From NCBI GenBank assembly GCA_025594325.1, contig JANHCV010000001.1, positions 2,666,001 through 2,730,000 of the forward strand: 64,000 nt of DNA, written 5' to 3'. The DNA comes from Blastocladiella emersonii ATCC 22665 (lineage: Eukaryota; Fungi; Blastocladiomycota). Under the pieces are notes generated by a model. That model saw nothing but the letters and a program-made list of their open reading frames with translations. It made no database searches and was not told the origin of the DNA. Below, one piece after another: positions 37,798 to 46,589 of the stretch; position 1 is the stretch's first letter; every line of letters starts with the position of its first letter. The position numbers and the translations under genes are program-made.

Positions 37798-38226
37798 GCA
37801 GCATCCCCTTCCCACCCTCCCTTTGCCTTTGTTCGTTGCTCGTTTCCCTCCCCCCTCTGTCGCCGCTCGCTCGCTGATGCTCTTGATCCTGGCGGGCCAC
37901 CCTGCACCACGCGAGCGACGCGCGGCGCCGCCGAGTCTCCGTTTTGTCTCTCTCGTTCTTGTTCTTCCTTGCTCTTGTCCATCATCGTCGTCCACTATAA
38001 AACTTTCAAAAACACCATATGAACGCTCCGGGCTCGATTTCAGATGACTGTCCAGCACTGGGCGCCACATGGGACGTCGCAGGGTGTGCGTCAGCGGCAC
38101 GGAACGAGCCTGCAACGGACGTGGCGGCGGCCACGGTCAGCGCCCAGAGGGCCGCCCATCGCCCTCCCTCGCTCCCTTCGTCAACACACCACCCACGATT
38201 TGCTCATGTACACTATTTACTAGACC

Positions 38227-41200
38227 ATGAACAACGAGGACAGCATCCTGTACCGCGCCAAGCGGGCGCGGCAGGCCGCGGCGTCGGGCCAGCAGCCCGT
38301 CCGCAAACCCGATCCGCCGCTGAGCCCCGTCGAGACCAAGCCCAAGGCGATCCTGGCGGCGCTCCCGCGGCTCGTGAATGCGCGCTTCGTCCAGCTCAAC
38401 CTGCTCTTCATCGCGCTTGTCTTCGCCGCGACCACGGCGCTCGGCGGCCTCCTCCACGCCGTCACCCTGCGCGTCGTCCCTGCGGCCGCGAAACACTGGA
38501 TCTGGGCGCTCTGGGCCGCTGACCTCGCGGTCCTTGCGCGCACGGCCTGGACGCTCGGGAACGGGCTGCGCGAGTGTGGCCGGATGGGCGCCGCGGCGCT
38601 CACGGCCGCCGAGGAGGACGCGCTCAACCTGCCCAAGGTGTCGTCCAAGAACGGCGCTCAGTGGCCATCCTCATCATCTTCGCCATCGCAGGAACCCGCG
38701 TCGCCGCGCGAGGAAGACCTGCCCGCGGACCCCGCGGCGCGCGCTGCGCACGAGGCGTACGTGTATGCGTATCCAAAATCGACGCGCAGCGAGTCCATGT
38801 TCGAGCGCGCCGTCAAGTCGCAGTGCGCGGCCGCCGTCGTGTACGGGATCGTCGCGTCCATGCTCATCTCGACGCTCGTGCGTCTGCCCATCATCTACCT
38901 GCTGGCCTCGCCCGCGTCGCTGCCCGTGCTCGTGCTCGGCGGCGACGGACGCGATAAGCTCACCAGCATGTTTGCCGAGCTCACCACGCCGCTCGCCGTC
39001 ACCGCGGTCCGCGCGATCCCGCTCGTCGCGATGGCTGGGTCGCGCATGGTGCTCGACTCGGCGACCAAGCCGCTGTTCAACCTCCATCTCGCGAGCATCC
39101 AGTACAGCTATTTCGTGGACATGGTCGACGCGGTCGCCATGTTCGAGTCCTTCCAGCGCGGGGCGCGGTACTCGGTGGCGGTGGCCGCGGGCGCGCTCGG
39201 GTTCGCCGGCAGCCAGTCGGACGACGGCGACGGGATCATCACGTCGACAACGCTGCTGGTGCTCGTCCTGGTCGTCGCCATTGCGCAGCTCGCGCTCGCG
39301 CAGTACCACCTCGCCACGGCCACGGCGCACCGGCACGGGTACTACGTGTTCCCGGACATGCTGTCGCAGCACATCACGGGCAGCTACATGCGCGAGCGCA
39401 TGGGCCGGCCGATCCTCATCGCGCTCAACACGGCGACGCTGGCGCTGCGCATCGTGCTGTGGACCAAGTTCAACGTGGTCTCGACCCTGCTCGCCGTCAA
39501 GAACGTGTTCGTCATCGGCCAGAACCTGTTCCGCCTGCGCAAGGTCGCGCAGCTGCGCGACGCGTACCGGCTCGGGTCCGCGAGCGAGCGCCGCGTGTGC
39601 GCCATGGCCGAGGAGCTGCTGGACCTCATGCGCTGCGATATTGCCGTCGAGCCGGCCGACTGGAAACGGCCGTACCAGTGCGACTGGATCGGCGTGTACC
39701 GCGGACCCGCCGCGTGTCCGCTCTCCGACGCGCACATCTACTTCCGCATCCACTTCCCGCCGCTCTACCCGGCGCAGCGACCGCAGCTCTTCCTCATCTC
39801 GGTGCCGCCGTTCCCCGTCCTCGGCGTCGCCGCCGACGGCGAGATGCTGTTCCGCAAGCCGTCGGAGCGTAGCGGTAAGTTCGCGTCCAAGCGCAAGCAG
39901 CCGGCGCGCCGCGGAGGGGTCCCGATGGTGGCGGCCAAGCCGACTACCGCGGTCCCGGTGCTCGCACCGGCCGCCGAGGTCGAGCTCAACTCGGACCAGC
40001 CGCTGTTCCCGCCACGAAACGTCCGCCCGCCGCGCTTCTCGTCGTCGCGGTACAGCGACGAACACGGCGGCAACACCAACCCCGCTGCACCACCGCCGCC
40101 GCGCCGGTCGGCCTTCCCGCCGTCGCGGGACCAGTTCGACGCGCGGCACAACCTGCTGCCGCTCGACGAGACCAGTGTCTCGCTCGCCGACCTCGTCCAG
40201 CAGCACAGGACCGCCGACGCCGCCAGCACCGACGCAACGACGCTGCCGCCCCCGCCGCCGCGCACGCAGTCACGGTTCCACCTGACCGTCGACCACGACC
40301 GGATTCCGGGCATCGCGCGGATGCCGTCCGTCTCGGCGCGCGTCATGGGCCCGCGCCGTCGCGTGCCGACTCGCCCCGACGCGGACGAGATCGAGCCCGC
40401 TGCTGGGATGCGCGACCAGTCGTTCGCCTCGCTCTCGAGCATCTCGTCCGACTCGTCCATGTCCTCGTCGTCCTCGGAAGACGAGAGCGACACGGACAGC
40501 GTCGTGACGCTCGAGGCCGGCCTCTCCGCGCCTGCGGCTGCTTCGCCCACCGTGATCCCCGACTACGACGACGGCCACCTCGACCCGGACACGACAATCG
40601 CGGACCCGCGCGACCTCGCCCCGCCGGTCGCCGCGGCGCTCGAGTCGCTCGCCGTGTCGCGGCTCCAGCGCGCCGCGGCGTTCATTGCGCCGCTGCAGCG
40701 GCAGTGGATCGCGGCGTCGATGCACGCGCGGCTGCGAATCCGCACGCGCCCGCGGTCCGTCGTCGGCCTGTACGAGGCGCTCGGCGACCGGCTCGAGGCC
40801 GCGATGCTCATGGCCGCGGTCGCCGAGGCCGAGGGACAGGGCAAGCTGGCCGACGACGGGTCGCTCGTCGATCACGCACACGACGACGACGTGTCGGTGC
40901 ACTCGGGCTCGACCGACTCGGCCGCGCACCACGCCGCGACCGTGGCGCGGCTGCAGTCCATGACGCACCGCATGGCCGGCCAGATGCGCCGGTGGATGGT
41001 GTTCCGCGGCCACCCGCGCGCGCAGCTCGCACCGACGTGCTACGCGTGGGCGACGACGGCGGCCGCACGGTACGCCGAGGAGCGCGACCAGTTCGACGCC
41101 GAGTGGGACGCGTACCTCGACCGCGTCGCGCGGTACCGCGAGGTCAAGGAGGCATTGCGCCGCGCCAAGGCTGAGAAGCGCGCGCGCAAGGCGGCGCGGG

Positions 41201-41241
41201 CCGAGCGGTGGGCTGCGCAGAAGCGGCGGATCCGTGGGTAG
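38227..41241 (+). CDS. Multi-pass membrane protein fused to a UBC-like (UEV) domain and a C-terminal helical/basic tail
   Basis: About 6-8 hydrophobic segments to ~39530. Then AEELLDL...DWIGVYRGPAACPLSDAHIYFRIHFPPLYPAQRPQLFL, an E2 fold signature lacking HPN and the catalytic Cys. Confidence 0.7.
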   Translation: MNNEDSILYRAKRARQAAASGQQPVRKPDPPLSPVETKPKAILAALPRLVNARFVQLNLLFIALVFAATTALGGLLHAVTLRVVPAAAKHWIWALWAADLAVLARTAWTLGNGLRECGRMGAAALTAAEEDALNLPKVSSKNGAQWPSSSSSPSQEPASPREEDLPADPAARAAHEAYVYAYPKSTRSESMFERAVKSQCAAAVVYGIVASMLISTLVRLPIIYLLASPASLPVLVLGGDGRDKLTSMFAELTTPLAVTAVRAIPLVAMAGSRMVLDSATKPLFNLHLASIQYSYFVDMVDAVAMFESFQRGARYSVAVAAGALGFAGSQSDDGDGIITSTTLLVLVLVVAIAQLALAQYHLATATAHRHGYYVFPDMLSQHITGSYMRERMGRPILIALNTATLALRIVLWTKFNVVSTLLAVKNVFVIGQNLFRLRKVAQLRDAYRLGSASERRVCAMAEELLDLMRCDIAVEPADWKRPYQCDWIGVYRGPAACPLSDAHIYFRIHFPPLYPAQRPQLFLISVPPFPVLGVAADGEMLFRKPSERSGKFASKRKQPARRGGVPMVAAKPTTAVPVLAPAAEVELNSDQPLFPPRNVRPPRFSSSRYSDEHGGNTNPAAPPPPRRSAFPPSRDQFDARHNLLPLDETSVSLADLVQQHRTADAASTDATTLPPPPPRTQSRFHLTVDHDRIPGIARMPSVSARVMGPRRRVPTRPDADEIEPAAGMRDQSFASLSSISSDSSMSSSSSEDESDTDSVVTLEAGLSAPAAASPTVIPDYDDGHLDPDTTIADPRDLAPPVAAALESLAVSRLQRAAAFIAPLQRQWIAASMHARLRIRTRPRSVVGLYEALGDRLEAAMLMAAVAEAEGQGKLADDGSLVDHAHDDDVSVHSGSTDSAAHHAATVARLQSMTHRMAGQMRRWMVFRGHPRAQLAPTCYAWATTAAARYAEERDQFDAEWDAYLDRVARYREVKEALRRAKAEKRARKAARAERWAAQKRRIRG

Positions 41242-41294
41242 AGTGGGGCGGTTTTTGATTATTGAATAGACGGTGTGGTGTGTATTTCGTATCG

Positions 41295-42185
41295 CTAGAG
41301 CTTGGTGAAGCGCGCCTGCACGAAGATCCGGTCCATGCGAGCGCCCTCCTTGCGGTTCACGGTCTCCTTGACCACGTACTGATTGCTCGACACGGCGAAC
41401 CCGTGGCGCGTGAAGAGCGAGGCGAGGATCTCTGCAGCGGAGGTCAGCGTCAGCGGTGGTCGCGCGATCCGATGTCAAGGTTAATACGTACCCGTCGTGA
41501 AGTAATACGCCATCGTCCCGTCTTGCCGCACGTAGAGCCCGTCCTCGAGCCGGTGGCCCGGCTTGAAGCGCAGCTGCGCCTGGTCGTAGAGAGCGTAGTC
41601 GCGGAACAGCACGATGCCGCCGGGCTTCACGACGCGCGCAATGTTCGCGACGGCCGCGTCCATGTGCTCGGGCGCGATGGCGGACAGCACGAAGATGAAG
41701 GACAGAATGTCGACGCCGGCCGGCGGGATCGTCTTCGTCAGGTCATCGACGGTCAAGTCCGCGACGAACGCGCAGATCCGGCTCGCGTCGTACTCGGGGT
41801 GCGTCTGGACGAGCGCCACGGCGTTCTTGGAGAAATCGCACATGTACGCGAACATGTTGGGCCGCGACCGCAGCAGCGGCCACACAAAGTTGCCGACGGC
41901 GCAGCCGACCTCGCACACGACGACCTTGGCGTCGCCGAACTGCAGCTCCTCGAACTCGCGGTCCGTCCAGTGCCGGTCCTTGTAGAAGTTGCGCTCGTTG
42001 CGCTTGTAGAAGAGGTCCCAGCTCTTGGCGGCCTCGGCCTTGTACTTTTTCACCCAAAAGTCGGGCACGGGCTTCGTGTCTTTGGCGAGGATCTGCTCGG
42101 CGCGAGCGACGAAGGCCGGGTCGAGCGCGTCGAGCACCGCGGTCCCGATCTCGGGCAGGTCCGTCGACGAAGTTGGCGGGTCCAT
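41295..42185 (-). CDS. METTL6: tRNA N3-methylcytidine methyltransferase, METTL6/METTL2 family
   Basis: Motifs EAAKSWDLFYKRNERNFYKDRHWTDREFEEL, EVGCAVGN, CDFSKNAV, FVLSAI, GGIVLFRDYALYDQAQLRF and YVRQDGTMAYYF. One intron near 41433-41490. Confidence 0.92.
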
Positions 42186-42398
42186 TGCAGCAAGTGTGTG
42201 TTCCGTCTTCATTGCAGGTTTGCTGTTCTATGATGTGATGGGGAGGAGCGTTGGTTGCTGCACCTCGACTAAGTCACCCCTTCACTCAGAACAGCTCCTG
42301 AGAGCTGGCAGGACGACAATAACACCGGCTTCGCCGTTGCTAACCGGCAGCCAGGAGGGCGAGCGAGTTGATCGGCACAAAAGTGCTGCATCAAAGTG

Positions 42399-42476
42399 TC
42401 TCGCGATCAGGGCATGACTTCCACGTGATGCCTCACGCGTGGCGTGCGTCTCGCGCCTGATGCTACGCGTGATCAG
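42399..42476 (+). promoter_or_regulatory. Conserved upstream element of orphan gene A
   Basis: tctcgcga..tgacttccacgtgatg..tctcgcgcctgatgc..cgcgtgatcag aligns with 44237-44296. Confidence 0.6.
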
Positions 42477-42610
42477 CCGCGCATGCGGGAAAGTGCGAGC
42501 AAATTGGACCCCGGGACGCGCATATATCGAATGGCGATCGATAAGAGCGTGCCACAGCCAGGCTACAAAAGTCGTTCAACTTCTCGCGCGCGTTCGCAGC
42601 TCGGCACATC

Positions 42611-43170
42611 ATGTTCCTCCCCTACAGTACGTCGAGCTGATGCCCGCGTGTCTAGTCCGTCTATTTGACAGCGTGCTTACTGGCCATCGCTCCTCAGCTC
42701 ATACACCAAAGGAAATCCACGCGAATGCCCGCCCGCTGCGTACGGTGCGAACCGACCACGGCCTCCAGCGCGCGAACCTCGCGCCAGAAGCGTTCACGAT
42801 ACTCCAGTCCGGGCAACTTCGCCGAAACCACGAAATCCTCCGGAACATTATTTCGTACGCGCGAAACTCCTGGCGGTCCACACCACGCATGCTTGAACTC
42901 GTGCGCCAGTTGGAAAACAACCTGTTGGCGCCTGCGCGGCCCAAGGCTACTCATCCTTTGCACGGGTTGCTCGCTGCTCAAAAGAAAGCCCGACCCAAGC
43001 CCACACAGCGGGCACCAACGGCAGTGTTCCCGTCGCCATTATCAACATTGCCGCCCAACGCAGCCGTCAAGTCGCGGAGTGTTGACCCGGCGCAGCTCAC
43101 GGCGGCCCTTCATCAGGTCCAAATCTCTCAGATGTTGGCGAAGCTCAACTCTCAAGGAATAGGAAAGTAA
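42611..43170 (+). CDS. Orphan tandem family member A (~162 aa)
   Basis: 16-nt exon 1 (MFLPY), phase-1 intron 42627-42697, exon 2 in frame. About 42% identical to member C over 66 aa (hand alignment). Confidence 0.72.
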
Positions 43171-43381
43171 ACTTTTGTGCTCGAATATATCCTACTGTTT
43201 TTGTTGTCACAATGGCTTTGGCGGAAGGCTCAGAGCCAGCGCGGGGGAATGATTTACGTGAAAGAATGCTGGTCGTTTGAGACGAGCAGTTGCGTGAGCA
43301 TAGCTTTGCCTCGAATCTGCTCGGTGATGGACCAAATGCTTGGACAGGTCGAGCCTCTGAGCGCGCCAACATGGAGCAGGT

Positions 43382-43410
43382 GTTCGAGTCCGCGCTTGAC
43401 GCGTGATGCC
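43382..43410 (+). promoter_or_regulatory. Conserved upstream element of orphan gene B
   Basis: gttcgagtccgcgcttgac resembles gttcgagtcctgcgttgac upstream of gene C. It is followed by cgcgtgatg. Confidence 0.5.
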
Positions 43411-43572
43411 TGGTTTGATGCATGGGCGAGCGGACTTCACGTCCACATCGTGAGCTGATCTTGTTGTCAGATGACGCGCATACGTACAGTGCCGGTGTAC
43501 AAGGGCAAAGGAAGACCCCGCGCTCCCGCTCCTCTCTCCCGCGAATGAAACGAAGTCCACAAAAAGTCTCAA

Positions 43573-44136
43573 ATGTCCCCCAGTACGTCGGGCACGCGTG
43601 TCACCGCTACCTCGTCGTGTTGCTTTGGCGCTCTCTAAGTTCGTTCTCCAGCTCATTCATCGCAGGAATCCCTGAGCAAATCTCATTCATTGGAGGCACT
43701 GCATACTTCTTCTACCCCTGGTCCCGCAAATATCCAGTCCAACGCGTTCACAGTTGTCAGAACGGCGCAACTCCACAAGCTTGAGGAGATTGCCAAACAC
43801 GTAGTGCGTGAAGCTCGGTTTAACCCGCTGCCCGACCCATATATGCTCGACCTCGTGCGACTGTTGGAGCAGCACACGCTGACGCCGGTTCAGTGCGAAG
43901 TTTCGTTGCCCACGCATATTGCCCCGCTAACAACAACGCGTTCTGCGAACAGCAAGCGGTCATCCGTGCCGTCGCCGTCGGTCCCAGCTTCGCCAAGCTC
44001 TGGCTCATCTCCGGGTAGTAGCGCTGGTTCTCGCCGTGCAAGCACTTCCAAACAGCTTTTGGACCAGGAAAAGCAGATGCTGTTGGACCTTCAGTTGATA
44101 CTTAAGCGTTTGTCTCTTCAGGGAAGTAATAAATGA
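43573..44136 (+). CDS. Orphan tandem family member B (~164 aa)
   Basis: 10-nt exon 1, phase-1 intron 43583-43651. 20/51 identical to member C, ungapped (hand alignment). Confidence 0.72.
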
Positions 44137-44236
44137 TGAGACTTCCGAGTGTTGAAAACCTGTCTTGCCCATCGGAAGTATCCTGAATGCGCGTGAGTTT
44201 GAGCGTTCGAGTCCTGCGTTGACTGGTCCTGAAACG

Positions 44237-44296
44237 TCTCGCGAGAAAGTCGTGACTTTCGCGTGATGTCTCGCGCGTGATGCGTCGAGTGATCAG
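44237..44296 (+). promoter_or_regulatory. Conserved upstream element of orphan gene C
   Basis: tctcgcga..tgactttcgcgtgatgtctcgcgcgtgatgc..agtgatcag, a counterpart of 42399-42476. Confidence 0.6.
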
Positions 44297-44444
44297 TCAC
44301 GGAGGTGGCTCGCTGCGGCCATATGAGCCCAACCCGCATTGCACCGAGCGCCTGACAGCATACATGACTTGCGACAGGAGCCGCGCAACGTTGAAGAGCG
44401 TAACACGGGCTTTCCTCCTTTGGCGCTCTCGAACACACAGCACA

Positions 44445-45160
44445 ATGACGACTTGTACGTCGAGTCGCCGCACCGCGTGCTCCACACTCCGCTAACTTCT
44501 TGCGCGTTGCCATTCCTTCCTTTCACAGCCCTTCGTTCACAAGGAGTACATGGCCATGCTCGGCCGCTGCGAGCGTTCCACGCTGACGTTCGCCCCCAAC
44601 TTGCTGGTCTCGCACCAAGCGACTTCACGCTCGTCAGGACGGGACAGCTTCGCCGACTCAAGGACGTCCTCAACAACGTTATGTACTGTGCTCAGTCTGC
44701 GCCGTATATCGACCCGCGGATGCTCGACGCACTGAAGCAGCTGGAGCAAACCATGCAGACGCCCTTGGAGGTCGCACCAACCTCTCAACGCGTCCCACCA
44801 GCGCCGCGCGTGCCCGTCCCGCAAGGGACGGGTACCACTCGGGCCGGAACTGTGGCTGCCCCTTCCTCTCCATCGGCTCAAGTGTTGGGAAGCACCGCCG
44901 CCCCCGTACCTGTCCCAGCTCCAGTTCAAGGGCAGCACCCGGGCAGTGCGCGACCTGCATACGTAACAAGAGTTCAACCGCAGTACCCAGGCAGTGCGCG
45001 ACCTGGACACGCAACAGGAGCAGCGACGACAAGTGTTCGCACTCAACCCGCCACCGACTTGATAAGCCTGTCTCAACAATTACTTGAGATGAACCGTGTC
45101 ACTCAAGTTCATACGGAACGGTTACGCCGTCAGCGCTCCACCTCTTCCTCGCGCTCGTAG
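44445..45160 (+). CDS. Orphan tandem family member C (~213 aa)
   Basis: 10-nt exon 1, phase-1 intron 44455-44528 (GTACGT, GCTAAC, CAG). Shares the helical domain with A and B. Confidence 0.72.
44923..45005 (+). repeat. 48-nt-period internal duplication in orphan gene C (VQxQxPGSARP)
   Basis: agttcaagggcagcacccgggcagtgcgcgacctg at 44923 and agttcaaccgcagtacccaggcagtgcgcgacctg at 44971. Confidence 0.8.
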
Positions 45161-45245
45161 TATATCACACATTTCTCTGGTCCTCTGGGTTCTCTGGAAA
45201 AGTTGTTTGCAACGAGGCGATATGTTCAACAGTCAGCGATGAGGG

Positions 45246-45901
45246 CTACAAGGTTCGGTAGAGCGTGAACTCGAACTCAGTCCCCGTCGCCTTGTCAGTC
45301 TGCACGCCCGCGGGGACATCGATGCCCGCGACCCGCTCGACCTCGGTGTGGTCCGCGACGCGCTTGAAGCGCGCATCGGCCTCGAGATCTGGAAAGTGGG
45401 TGTCGCACGCCAGATCGTCGCGATGGACGCGCGTGAGGAAGACGTTGGCACACTGCGGGTGGGCGAGCGACTCGCGATAGACCTGGCCGCCGCCGATGAT
45501 GAAGACGTGGGCCACGTCGCTGCGCGCGGACAGCGTCGTGAGTGCCGCGTCAAGAGAAGCTGCGACAAGGACACCCTCCGGCGCATTAGCCCTACCACAT
45601 GCTTCCAGAGTAAGCGGGCAATTCATAGCCGATTCCGACCGCAAACGCACATGCTGCGCGACAGAATGACGTTGATGCGCCCAGGAAGCGGGCGGAACTT
45701 GGTCGGGATCGAGTCCCACGTCTTGCGGCCCATGATAACGGCGTTTACAGATCCCTCGTGAGCACCCTGGCGCAAGCCGTCGGTGGTCAAGCGGCGGAAG
45801 AAGGCCATGTCCTTGGGCAGGCGCCACGGCAGGTCGCCGTTCACGCCGATGCCGCCGTCGCGGGTAGCCGCCACCACAAGCGAAAAACGAGGCAGTTGCA
45901 T
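45246..45901 (-). CDS. DFR1: Dihydrofolate reductase
   Basis: Motifs [59 protein letters not shown] and CDTHFP. Intron 45592-45650. Confidence 0.97.
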
Positions 45902-46589
45902 GGAGTCAGATTGTTGATTCGTGGGGGGTCGCTCAAGGGTTCCGAGAGCGCGCGGTTCCGAGCGGCGGCGATCGGCGCGACCTCGGCTCATGCAATGTGA
46001 GGGCCCTGTCACCTCTATCGGTGTGGCGCAGCGCGTCCTCGGGACACCGAGTCGCCTCCCGGCGAGAGCTCAGCCCCAGAGCATCCAATAGCGAAGTTGA
46101 ACCATCAGCTGAACTCATGGCAGCTGGATCCTGAGGCTCCCCCGGCTCACGAGCCCTGCCCCGCGAACCTCGCCGGCAACGGCGAGCGCAAGGCGGGCTG
46201 TCCACTATGTGGCTGAGCCTGTACAGACGAGATGGCGAGCGATCGGTGGACTGAGCAAACGATCGAGAAGCGACGCGAACAAGAGCGATCTGCGTTCGCC
46301 CAGTAGCAAGGTCACGGGATCCCACATGACCGCGACGCAACTCGCGCGCCTTCTGCATTTTTCGCCGCCCTTCGAGGGGCCGTGGCCCTGCCAGCGGATC
46401 GGGTCATGTGACCGCGCCGTTCCGCAGGTTTCCAACGTTTTCGGGCGCGGCAGGGAGCGTGCGCCCATACAAGGGCGGGGTGGCCCGGGCCGCCGCTGGC
46501 CGAGCCGCCTGCCCGCACGCCTCCCTCCCCTCCTCCTCTTCCCTCGAAGAACTAGTCGGTTCCTGTTGCCCACGCCGATACACCCCACC

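Noticed and set aside
43382-44214. GTTCGAGTCC (tRNA T-loop/B-box-like) at 43382 and 44205
   Set aside because: The flanks do not form a 5-bp T-stem and no cloverleaf is evident, so these are not tRNAs. Kept only as part of the shared promoter motif.
42200-45245. RIP/methylation-driven decay or a transposon/viral insertion as the cause of the lower-GC island
   Set aside because: CpG remains common, ORFs and splice sites are intact, and there are no terminal repeats or transposase/capsid/polymerase motifs.
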